Source: Blasia pusilla
Taxonomy: Eukaryota
Length of the DNA: 64,000 nt
Direction: 5' to 3'
Assembly: GCA_050084515.1 (NCBI GenBank)
Contig: CM114271.1
Coordinates: 36,704,001 to 36,768,000 of the forward strand
A program made the position numbers and the translations under genes. Numbering within the stretch: the first letter of the stretch is position 1; each line of letters opens with the position of its first letter. A model generated the notes under the pieces. That model was not told the DNA's origin and did not search any database. It saw only the letters and a program-made list of their open reading frames with translations. Shown one piece after another: positions 14,505 to 26,231 of this stretch.

Positions 14505-14901
14505 TGTGATAAAACAGAAAGTGACAAAATCACTAAAATCTTTACAAAACTTAGAGATACAAAGTGGCCTAGTGCGTCCGTGCGCTCACAGAAGAGCTTC
14601 GATGGAACCTGAATTGGGAGATAACTCGACATACGAGAATACGCTACCGCTGCGGCTCCCGACTATTTGACTTCTCGGGAAAACTAGGGTTTTTATCTAT
14701 TTTTCTTTGTTTCTATTAATAGAAATGAAGAAAATATATAGGGTTAGATAAACCTAATAACGCTACTCCGTTAACCACCTACGTCATATTACTATGACTC
14801 CTTCGACGTCTAAGTCGGAACCATCGATCCAGGCTTCTCCTCATAAAAGGGGGCCGATCAGATCAATAGTGCTCAGAGAAGTGGATGTTGAGAATCCAAC
14901 A
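14505..14901 (-). repeat. 3' LTR (397 bp)
   Basis: TGTGATA...CCAACA on the plus strand; adjacent to the PPT. Confidence 0.95.
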
Positions 14902-14930
14902 CCCCCCCTCAATATCCACTCTCATGTGGA

Positions 14931-17900
14931 CTACTGTCTTGGACCTATGCCAAGACCCTTCAAATGTCGGTGAAGCTGATCTCCGCTCAAGGCTTTCGTG
15001 AAGATGTCTGCACGGTTATCCTCTGTTGGATAGTAGACTAATTTCAAAACCTCTCTAGATCAATTCACGAAAAAAGTGGTACTGGATCTCTATGTGCTTC
15101 GTATGAGCATGAAACACAGGATTATGTGCTATGGAAATGAAACTCTGATTGTCACAACACATTACAGTAGCACTTTCTGGTGCTTCTCCTATGTCCTCCA
15201 ATATCCATCTCAACCATACTGCTTCACAAGAAGCATAACAAGCCGTCTTGTACTCTACCTCGGTAGAAGAAAGGGCCACTGTAGGTTGCTTCTTGCTGAC
15301 CCATGACACCACACCTGATCCTACCAAGAAGCAATAACCAAACCGATCTTGAGAATCAATCTCCGCCCAATCCGAGTCACAAAAACCTGTCATTTCCGTC
15401 CTTGCTCCATAGGTGATGCCGTACTTGATAGTGCCTTTGATGTACTTCAACACACGCATCCCTGCCTTCCAATGGTTCTCACAAGGCTTAGTTGAGAACC
15501 TACTCAACACTCCCACAGCGAAGCTAATGTCTGGTCTACTGTTACACAAAAATATCAAATTGCCTACAAGCTTTCTGTACAACTTTTCATCTACCAATGG
15601 TGAAACATCCTCCATCGAGAGTTCCAACTCTACCTCCATTGGCGAGACCACTACCTTACACTCGGTCATCCCGAATGCCTTCAAGATTTCTCTAGCATAC
15701 TTCTGCTGAGAGAGAAAAATAGAATCTGACTGTTGCTAAATTTCCAATCCTATAAAATAGTGCAAAAGACCTAAATCTGACATTTCAAACTAAGATTTTA
15801 ACACTCCCTTCATTTTCTCTATTTTCTTAATGTGGTCTCCTGTGATGATCAGATCATCCACATACAATACTATCAACATATACATCCCATCTTCGCAAAA
15901 CACATACAAATTTGCTTCTGAAGGACTCTTGATGAGACCCTTCTCTCGAAAGAATGAATCTGTTCGTCGATACCATATCCTTGGGGCTTGCTTCAACCCA
16001 TACAATGCTCGATGAAGTAAACAAACTTTCTCTTCTGATCCGGGTGTCTCAAAACCTGGTGGTTGAGAAACATATACCTCCTCCTTGAGACTCCCGTTCA
16101 GAAAATCAGACTTCACATCGTATTGGTATACAGGCCAACGTCTTGTTCTTGCAACCGCTAGAACAATTCGAATGGCTGTCATCCTTGCAGTGGGGGCAAA
16201 AGTCTCATAGTAGTCAAAACCTTCGATTTGTGAGCATCCTTGTGCGACCAACCTCGCTTTGAATTTATCCAATGTACCGTCCGACTTGTACTTGGTCTTG
16301 TACACCCACTTGGTGCCTATTATCTTCATGTCCTTTGGCTTTTCAACCAAAGTCCAAGTTTCATTTCTCTGAATAGCGTCCATCTCCATCTGCATGGCCT
16401 CTCTCCATTGAGGATGAGCCAGGGCCTCATCCAAGCATGATGGCTCTTCCACCTTCAAGACCTTTGTCATCAGAGCCATGTTGACGAGATGTGCGGAAGC
16501 TCTATTCTGCTCCTCAAGTCTCTTGGATCTCCTTGGATGTGTAAGAACTTCATCAGTTGCTGGTGGATCCTTACCATCCAAGAGCTGCTCTATCCACTTA
16601 GGGTATGACGACCGTAGTGGAAGAGCAGGTTGCTCTTTGTAATCATCACCAAATTCTTCTTCTTGATGATCTGGTGTAAACATTTGTGGTGTGCTCTGGT
16701 GGATTATCTCTTCGTTTGATGATAATGTGGACGGACCACTGATATCCACCACTTGACGAGGCTGTTCCTGGAACACCACATCATGACTCACAAGCATCTT
16801 CTTTTCCTCAGGACACCAAAGGCGATAAGCTTTAGACTCATCACTGTATCCCATAAAGATGCACTTCATGCTCTTGGACTCCAGCTTGGTCTTGGATGCT
16901 TCAGGAATATGTAAAAAACACTCACCACCAAAAGTCCTGAAATGTTGGACTGATGGTATCTTACTTGAGTATGATTGATGAGGAGTCATGCCTTGCACTG
17001 TATTAGTAGCACTTCTATTTAGAATGTATACTGGCAAAGATAACAACTTCACCCAAAATCCTTTCATCAAACCTTTTGCTTTCATCATACATCTTGCCAT
17101 CTCCACCATCATGCACGGTTTTGACGCTCAACAACTCCATTTTTTGTGGTGTATGTGCCGTGGTTAACTGTCGCTTGATTCCATGCTCTCCCAAATATTT
17201 GTTGAATTCTGTTGATAAGAATTCTCCTCCTCGATCGGTGCGAAGCTTTTGTACCTTCTTTCCTGTCTCATTCTCAACCAGCTTGTGCCATACTTTAAAT
17301 TTTCCCAAAGCACTTGCCTTATCACGAAGGAAATACACCCACATCTTCCTACTATAATCGTCGGCAACTAAAAAGAAGTAGGAAGAACCACCTAATGCCA
17401 CTGTTCTCATTTTACCACAAAGGTCAGCATGTATCAACTCTAGAGGAGCCTTTGCCCTATTGTTGGACTCATTTGGAAATGGTTGTCGGTGTTGCTTGCC
17501 CATCATACAAGCTTCACAAGTATCCGACATGCCAGAAATTGTTGGTAAATCAGCAACCATGCCAGATTTCTGCATCTGACTTAGTAAAGGAAAGCTTAGG
17601 TGACCAAATCTTTCATGCCACAACTTACTGCTACTAAGATCTGTACCTACACTTGTCGTGAAAGCATACAACTCGTAGATATTTCCACGTCGTATACCTT
17701 CACCCACTACTTTCCCATTGGCATCCTCAATGATCGCTCCGATTTTCTTGAAACGAACTTCTAGGTCACGATCACATATCGCCATCGAAATCAAATTTCG
17801 CTTCAACTCTGGTACGTACAGTACATCAGTTAACTTCTTTTCATCTCCTTTTTGTGAGACTAAAGAAATTTTGCCTTTCCCTTGTACAGGGCATTTTGCA

Positions 17901-18941
17901 TTATTCCCAACAAGAATAACGATGGGCTCAGAGAGGTCATGAAGAGCTATACCAATCCTTATGATTGGTCATATGCCTTGATGCTCCACTATTGAGCACC
18001 CATGCATCTTCACTCTTTGTCTTAGTGGAATGTTCTGCCTGTGTGCAAAACTCTTCTATTGCTACCCAAGCATCTACTTCATGTTCTCCCAATTCTACAA
18101 AATTTCCAGACTCCTTCTTAGGTCTTAAACAACCGTTCTTCTCATCCTGACTCCTCTTTCTACAATCTTTCATAAGATGACCTAGCTTACCACAATAAAA
18201 GCATTTGAAGGTTTTTCTTGGAAATTTCTTCTTGACATTTGAACTGTAATCCTGATTTCTACCTCTCTGTACGTTGGCAGTAAATGCTGCATCACTTCCC
18301 TCTCTTGCTTTGAAGCGCATTTCCTCTTCTACCAACATTGCACTAAATTGTTCAAAAGCAAGAGGCGTGGGTCTTACTTGAGTATTTAGTGTAGTGACCA
18401 AACTGTCATACCTTGGAGGCAAAATCCTTATGCACCGACGTGCCAAATCTTCGCTAGATTTTGAAATTCCTACGGACGCCATCTGATCTTGAAGATTCTT
18501 GATCCTTGTCAAAAATTGCTCCGCACTTTCTCCTTTTGAAAATTTCTCGGACGTAAGCTGATTCTCCAGATTCTGAATCCGAGTCTCATTCCTCGTTTCA
18601 TACTGATTCTTCAAAATGTTCCATGCCTCAGCAGTAGTGGTTGTATGTTGAATGAGAGTCATGACAGAATCAGTTACATTCGTGACAATCGCATATAGAG
18701 CATCAGCGTTTCTGCGTCTCCATGCCAACAATACAACAGGATCGATATCCCCAGATGAAGATGAACATGCAAAACTCAAACTAGCTTGTGGATTTGAATC
18801 GACCCCTATGGCCGTTTCCCATATCTCAAATGATTCGAGAACAGTTCTGATTTTGAACTTCCACAACGTATAGTTAGACCCATCTAACTTCCCTTCACCC
18901 AGCGGAGGAGGGCGGGCACGAACTGACGAAGAAGTAGCCAT
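14931..18941 (-). pseudogene. Copia gag-pol polyprotein, disabled
   Basis: Gag LDGSNYTLWK, zinc knuckle CFYCGKLGHLMKDC, protease WVLNSGAS (catalytic D read as N), integrase WHERFGH and [19 protein letters not shown] and LYVDD, RNase H FCDSDW and TKHIEI. Broken by stops and frameshifts. Confidence 0.95.
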
Positions 18942-19001
18942 CTCTCAAGATTTTGTGCAAACACACTAGATTTCCAAATACAAAATACTGGAAAACCCAC
19001 T

Positions 19002-19013
19002 GCTCTGATACCA
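19002..19013 (-). promoter_or_regulatory. Primer-binding site, tRNA-iMet
   Basis: Minus strand reads TGGTATCAGAGC immediately after the 5' LTR. Confidence 0.97.
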
Positions 19014-19444
19014 TGTGATAAAACACAAAGTGACGAAATCACTGAAATCTTTACAAAACTTAGAGATCCAAAGTGGCCTAGTCCGTCCGTGCGCTCACAG
19101 AAGAGCTTTGATGGAACCTGAACTGGGAGATAACTCGACATACGAGAATACACTACCGTTGCGGCTCCCGACTATTTGACTACTCGGGAAAACTAAGGTT
19201 TTTACCTATTTTTCTTCGTTTCTATTAATAGAAATTTTTTGCCGATATTGCATCAGGGTGCCCCGCACCCTGATGCAATATAGGGTTAGATAAACCTAAT
19301 AACGCTACTCCGTAAACCACCTACGTCATATTACTATGACTCCTTCGACATCTAAGTCGGAACCATCGATCCAGGCTTTCTCCTCATAAAAGGGGGCCGA
19401 TCAGATCAATAGTGCTCAGAGGAGTGGATGTTGAGAATCCAACA
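19014..19444 (-). repeat. 5' LTR (431 bp)
   Basis: TGTGATA...CCAACA on the plus strand; adjacent to the PBS. Confidence 0.95.
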
Positions 19445-22400
19445 CCTAGTGATGGTGATGCTCGTCGTAGGAAATTAATGATGGAAGATTATACTGGTAT
19501 GAATGGTTCTTTTCGAAGGTATAAAGTAGGTTGGGAAGGGTGGCAATATTCTATGTCCATTCTTCCAAATGGAGACTTGTATGGATTTGGAGACCAAGAT
19601 CCACCCCACAATGGGAAAAAGGCTATTAACCCATTGGACCGATGTGCTGCCATGCTAGTGCTTGGTGACCAACATGCATCGTTGTCCTATGTGACGTCAA
19701 TTTATAACCATTGTAAAATTGAGGAGCATGGCTTGAATTGGGATGATGTAAATAGGACCGACAGAGAGAATTGGGCTGGCCCACAACGGATAGCATCTAG
19801 GAGAGTCCAAGCCTGCCTACACCACATGTTTGAGCGGCAAGATGTTCGACATGATAGAAGTTTTGGGACTAAGTTGTACCTTGAGATTTGTGCAGATTAC
19901 ATCGATATTTTCTTCTCTGTGAAGCATGACTTGAGGACTCGTATAGTATTGACATCTAAGGTATCTTGGTTTCTCCGTTTGTTGAGGCTATGGTTGAGGC
20001 ACGGTGACCATTCTATGACAGGGAATACAGGATGTGTCACAGAAAAAAATATGATCTCTATTCAAGCTTTCCATGATATCAACATGTCTTGCCATTTCAT
20101 TTTACTCTTAGTTTGTGCATTTTGAGACAATTTTCCATATCTTCAAGTTCCATTTCACTTGCTAGGATCTGATTGTTGTGAGATTTTTTTCAACAAGGTA
20201 GGTGGCATGAGTGGTTATGAAAGAAACTGTGACTTTGGATCTTTATTAGATAGTGCAGTAGGAGTGAATCGACTGGCTGGCCTAGAGTATGGACCAGAAG
20301 GATTAAAGATACGTCGTTCATATCATAAGCAAGATCATATTTGGGCAAAACTGCACCCCCTTGGTGAAGGAGACCAGGATCCGAATCTATTTGATTATTC
20401 ATTGGTTGGGAATAATGAGTTGGTTGTTGATGCTCTTAAAGAAGGGTTGGATGCAGCAAAAGAGCTTTTGAGGTTGTTGAACATGTCTCCAAGGAGTTCC
20501 TTGCCAATTGCAAAGAAAAGGTGGTGGATTCATCCATGGGATGTGGAGGCCGAGACATGGCCTCATTCAACTTCAATAAGGGAAGTAGTGTCATGTGATG
20601 ATGTTGAAGAACATGAAGATAACCGATCCACAATAGTGTCTCCAATATATGAGCAGCCAACTGGGGAGTCTTTAGAGTTTGAGGACCCTGAGGAAGATTT
20701 GAACCATATTGATTCTTGGGTTGTAGAGGAAAGTTGTGATATCAATGTAGCTTTCATAATAGATAACGAATAGATAGATATTGACATTGATCCGAAATCC
20801 ATTGAAATGGAGGTATTAGGACATGAAGTAAGGCATGTGTTTGCATCTGTTCAAGCAGAACTGACTAATGTGGCAATTCCCCATGCAATAGTGCCTACTG
20901 TAACTTATGAGGGCAAGATTATCTATAAATCCATCCTTGTAAGTTAATTGTCTTGCAATCCTTTCATGTCAAAGGATAGACTAACTCGAATAGCCCAAAA
21001 GACTTATTACACTATTGGTAAGGGAAAGGAACGTGATCCTAATTGCCCAACTTGTTTGGTTGATGTTGGTAGTGATATTGCAGTTTTGTTTGAATCTACA
21101 GCAAATGTTGGCCCTTCCACAAGATCAACAAAGTCAAAGAAAAGGAAGGGAAAAGAGACACAACTTGCAGTGGAGGCAGAAGTTGCAAAAAAAGAGTATT
21201 GGTTGGGGCGTATTGTATTTATGATTCAAAAGAATGGTTCACATTGGTCAAGACGTCGTACGGCCTTGGACTTGTTAAATAGGCTTGTACCTCCTCTTGG
21301 ACAAAAGGGAAGCGTTTGTCGTATTATGTGTAAGTCTTTCGGCCATGGTAACACCAAAACCTTGTTCAGTTATGATGCAATAGATGTGCAATGGATTGAT
21401 ATTGAAATGGTGATCTCCAATGTGAATTTGACAATGAAATCAGGGATACTAGATAGAATATATACACTTTATTCAGTTGACTTACATGCTTTGACTACAT
21501 ATATTCACAGTGTGAGTTGATCTTGGTGAGTTTTTTTTATGTTTGAGATATGTTAAATTAAATATTTTTATGGAGTGTGCTTAGAGTGTACTTGACACTC
21601 TTGAATTGTGAGTAGGATAATGGGAGGGAGTAGGCTAGGGGGATGACAGATTGGCTGATTGAGCCTCTTGCTCAATTAGGGGTTCAATTCCCCTCTGTCA
21701 TGGTGTAAGGATAACATGTTGGATGTTAACTTAACTTGGTACTTTTCTTTTCTTTGAAGGTCTTATTTATTTCAAGTTATTGCTTTACTTAAAGAATTTG
21801 AGGGGTACCAAAAATGAAAATTGATTCCTTTAAAATACATAACGGTGAGAAAGAATTATTTTTTCACTTATGAGTTAGAGGGTCTAGACCCTAAAACGTC
21901 GCAGGTGATGTAGAGCCCTCCATATAGTGACCCCCCCCCCCCGAGATGCCTACGTGCGGGCACTCTCGCATCCGCGCTCGAAGACGGATGGATCCGGATT
22001 CCGAAATCGTAGTTGCGTAGTGGAACTAGGAAGATCTTCGTGGAAGAGAATACTAGCGCCATGGGAAAAAATGCAAGTCGACCAAATTAATTATATTTCA
22101 CTGGCTGTCAAACTGGGATCGCTGGCAAGACCGGGTTGGCCAGTTGCGATGTGTCAAGTCTGCCTGTTTGCCTCGCCAAGAGGTTTTAGTGATAGAACTT
22201 GGTTATTTAAGCTCTCACTATTGGGCGTTGCCTTCGGATACGCGACGCGAAGAGGCATTTAAAAACTGTTTGAGGACATCGGCGCTCCAATCACTTATGC
22301 GTAAGTATTAGTAGTGTGTACTTGGCATGGCTAACGGTTAGTTCTACCACCCCCTCCTCTTCCCTATGTCTCCCGTACATATACATTATTCCATCCTGCG

Positions 22401-22534
22401 CTATAGTTTACACGGCATTGCATCAAACCCGATCGGTTCAAGTCTATCCAAGGTCATCGGAAATTGCTCGGATCTGTCCGAGGTCATACTCTACAGTAAG
22501 GGCAATCGAGTCTAGATTGTTGGATTTGGTCGAC

Positions 22535-22966
22535 ATGTTATAGATGTTGTAATTATGATGGGAAAAAATATTGGAGCTCGAGTGTTTATTCCACACATCT
22601 GATTCAGGGTTACCTTTTGATTTACGAAGATTCAATTTCCTCTTTGGCCAGCCTTTGCTATGACAATTCATAAGCTTGAAGGTCAAGCGTTAGATAGAGT
22701 TAGTATTTACTTGCCAAAATCCTGTATTGTCTCACGGAAAATTGGATGTTGTCTTATCTAGTGTAGGTTCTAGCAAGTCAATTCATATGATGATTGATAA
22801 TCAAAATCCACCAAACGAAGATGATGTTTGCACTAGAAATATTGTATATTATGAAATGTTACATTAATAAAATAATAGTAAGGATTTTCATCTTTTCATT
22901 TTCTTATGCAATATTCTTTATCATTATAAAATTTGACATCGGTGCATCGCACACAATTCTTACTAG
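22535..22966 (+). mobile_element. Helitron 3' fragment (PIF1-type helicase C-terminus plus 3' terminus)
   Basis: Decayed VFIP..LPFDLRR..QFPLWPAFAMTIHKLEGQALDRVSIYLP; terminal hairpin GTGC-ATC-GCAC followed by CTAG|T at 22963-22967. Confidence 0.85.
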
Positions 22967-23399
22967 TGTGTCATAAAATAGAATAGTAATAATTTTTATT
23001 ATATGCCTCACTATTCCTTTGAGAAAGAGAAATAAAAATTGTTAGAAAGGTAATGAAATTATTTAAGATTAGAGAGTGGAGAAATAAAGTATATATTAAA
23101 AGTACTACTTAGTTTGGCTATGCTTACCCTTGAAAGTGATTCTTTACAAATAATCATATTTTTCATTTCAAAATTAAAAAAAATTTCCCCGTTCTTAAAT
23201 CTTATGGGGAATAAGAGCATTCCAATCTTCAAAAAACCCCACTTCCCTAAATAATTCCACCCTTCCATTATTCCTCCCACCAAAACAATACACCTCAACT
23301 AAATTATGAGTTAATTTTAATTAATAAAATAATTTTCTCTTCCTTTAAACTCATTTTCCTTTCCAAAATATCAAGTGTGAATTAAAGGACAAGATTGGA

Positions 23400-26231
23400 A
23401 GCTTGTTATTATTCATCAGGGTCATCAAGGTTCAACACCTCACCAACATTCCAACGAATGGCCGCAGATAAATCTGGCTCTCGGCCATATGAAAGCAAGT
23501 ACGATGAGAAAGACGCTAAGGATGCCTGCCTGCTGAATCTGTATCCCATCACCAACCACGGCAACGAGAGGTCCCAATCTCCTAGGTGACGTTCCTGCAA
23601 GCCATACTTGCGTAGTCTTCTCTTCATCGTTTGCACAACCTGCTCTGCTTGTCCATCCGCCTCAAGATGATCTTGCGAAGTAGTGCGGTGGTCGATCAGT
23701 GATTGATCACACAAGGCCTAAAACTCCCCGAGGAGCTCTATACCCTGGTTTGTCAACACCTCAGCTGGTGCGCCGTAATGACTCAATACTCAATCTAGGA
23801 AGGTATACGCTACTCCCTCACTCGCTTTGTCAGGCAATGCAACCAACTCTATCCACTTCGAGAAGTGCTCGACCATCATCAACACATAACGACTATGGCG
23901 CTCCGTCAAAGGCAAAGGTCCTACAAAATCCAAACTCCATCTATAACCTAAACCCATGATCGTAAGTGGATGCAATTGTGGAGTTGGAGCATTGAACGAT
24001 GCTCAAACTCAATCACAAACCATGCCTCTGGCAACAAATTGTTGAATGTCAGTCTGCATGGCTCGCCACCAATACTGAATGTGGAGCAAGTTGTACGTCC
24101 GCTTCATTCCAAAATGACCCAACTCCTCGTGGGCATGATGCACTAAACGTGCTCTCTGCAAAAGATGAGGCACTATACGCACTCTACCATCCTCACACTC
24201 TCGTAACATATGTGTCCCCTCCCACCAGAATCGTCTGGCTCGCTGTAGGATCCGATCCCACTCTCTAGCAGCCACTGTGCTCGCGACACTGCCAGTACGC
24301 AGGTACTCCAAGACCACCCATCGTCCTGAATATCTCAATCACCTGTCGTCTCCTCACCGGCCTCTGAATCTAAGGACTCTCCATCAGACCATGCCATCGA
24401 AGTCTCAGCAATCTGGCTCTCCATTGCCAACAAGCCCAAATAGGCTAATGCATGTCATCCTCGTACCAACTCCTCATCACTCTCACTATGCCAACGAGCT
24501 CCAATCACATCTCTCTCACTCGGGCATGGGTTACGGTTCAAACCATCTGCATCCTGGTTGAACATCCCGGATCTATGCACCACTTGGAAGTCATACTCTT
24601 GCAACAAAAGAGCCCACCTTGCAAGCTTCACTGTAAGCTTGTTGGAATCCATCAACCACTTAAGTGACAGGTGATAAGTAATGATGGTAAAGGGATTGCC
24701 GAATAGACAACATCTGAAATAGAAACCCCAGACTATAGCCAAGCACTCACCCTCATACGAGCTATACTTTGCCTCTACAACGTTGTTTGAGCAACTACTG
24801 TAAGCCACCACGAACTCTCTACCATCATCGTCATATTGGGTGAGCTCGGCTCCAAGCCCCAACATGCTCCAATCAGTATGCAATTGGAAAGGATGCCCCC
24901 TGATTGGTCTCCTGAATATGGGCGCGGAGGTCACTGTCCTTGAGCATCTGAAATACTCTCTCCTGCTCACCCCCCAATGCTACTCCTGATCCATCTTGGT
25001 CAGCAAGGTCAGTGGCTTCGCAATCAAGCTAAAACCCTTGACGTACCGTTGATAGAAGTTCGCCAATCCCATGAATGCACGAACTCGATTCACATCTGTA
25101 GGGCATGGAATGCATGAAATAGCCTCTACCTTTGTCTACTGCATACCAAGGCCACATGGGTATATCATATGACCCAAGTGCTCAATCTGGTCATAGAAGA
25201 ACTTGCACTTGCCTGGATGTAGCTTTAGCCCATGTAATTGCAATCGTCGAAACACCTCCTCTAGATGTCGCTCATGCTCCTCAATGCAACATATCAATGC
25301 GGATCCCTGGACCCTTTAGCGTACCCAAATCCTGCATGCTAAATGCAAAACAGCTCCTATAACTCCTGAGGAAATGATGTATCCGTTGCCGCTCTCCTCC
25401 TGTCATCTTAGGGCCCATATCTGGCTCCCAAGTCTCCATTGTGACAACGGTAGGACTCTCCGGCGTGGGTTTAGGTGGTTGCTATGGTGCAACCCCTTCT
25501 CGCACAACAAAACTTGATTGCTCCCCTACAGCCAACTGCAAAACCGGATCTCCATGTGTAGTACATGGAACCACGCTCCATGTTGTGGCTACCATCTCTT
25601 GGCGTACCTACAAAACATCCCAAGAAGTCCAAAGGTGTCTCTTCCGATCATCCTTGGTGTGTCGATCTCCTTGGGTCTCGTCCCCAGCTAGTGTCTCAAC
25701 CGTCTCGATAGGCATGGGGCTTACAAACGCAATTGCTGTGATCTATCGCATCCTCAAACGACATTGCTCAGTGACTCCTAAAAAATGGTACTGACCTAAA
25801 ATAGTAAGTTCCTGAATATGGCTCCAAATGAGCCGAAACGAAGGGGAAACTTGATCTCTCATGTTTCTCGGGGCCTCAACATGTTATCCTGGACCTCTTG
25901 AGCATGTCCTCCACTACTTGAGAAGGCGCTCTACTAGATCTCATTGATCTATCCTAAAAAAACATGACACCTTGCTCGGATAGCCCACACCTCGTTTGAG
26001 AAATGAACTGATGCCCATTTTTGTCGCCCGATTTATATCCCACGTCGGGCTCACTAGATCTTGCGCGGCAGACAAGTCCACATACGTTCAACGCACGCCT
26101 CCACGCGTCACATCCAATCTACATCGAACCCGCTAGAGGCCTGCACATAGCCCGCGCACGGGTCAAGATCCGTGATGGTGGCCTCTGCCTATCCCATATC
26201 ATAACAACCAATCATAGACCGCGATGTCACA
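23400..26231 (-). mobile_element. Internally deleted Ty3/gypsy element (RT-RH-IN remnants plus putative 5' LTR); possibly Phygy-like non-chromovirus
   Basis: RH FQLHTDWS, YSSYEGECLA and LARWALLLQEYDF; IN HEELGHFG, WSLDFVGP and DGQAEQVVQT. Block 25440-26231 is bounded by TGTGACA...TGTCACA with a TGG-starting PBS-like sequence on its internal side. Confidence 0.85.

Larger units (their letters stand above)
14505..19444 (-). mobile_element. Near full-length Ty1/copia LTR retrotransposon (family 1)
   Basis: LTRs 19014-19444 (5') and 14505-14901 (3') with TG..CA ends; iMet PBS at 19002-19013; PPT at 14902-14910; domain order gag-PR-IN-RT-RH. Confidence 0.98.
11947..21520 (+). pseudogene. Disabled P-element-like DDE transposase. 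Coding segments 11947-14026, 14174-~14492 and 19445-21520; intron 14027-14173; copia insertion ~14492-19444.
   Basis: The chained ORFs read as one protein: N-terminal CxxC...HxxxxxH motifs, then VEDETRIKERP|RWEAKYDTLIGF across a GT-AG intron, VGPLLG|PSDGDARRR across the copia insertion, QDPPHNGKK, DRENWAGPQR and GSDCCEIFF. Several stops and frameshifts. Confidence 0.75.
8886..21956 (+). mobile_element. Putative large DNA transposon carrying the P-like transposase (boundaries tentative)
   Basis: Imperfect inverted ends: CACCCTGGCATCT-N12-GGGGTTACTA (8886-8920) versus TAGTGACCCC-N9-AGATGCCTACGTG (21925-21956). Subterminal tandem repeats lie inside the left end, and CpG-rich host-like DNA lies outside both ends. 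No TSD found. Confidence 0.4.

Noticed and set aside
19412-19444. Start of the 237-aa ORF (MLRGVDVENPT)
   Set aside because: These codons are LTR sequence; the transposase frame resumes at 19445.
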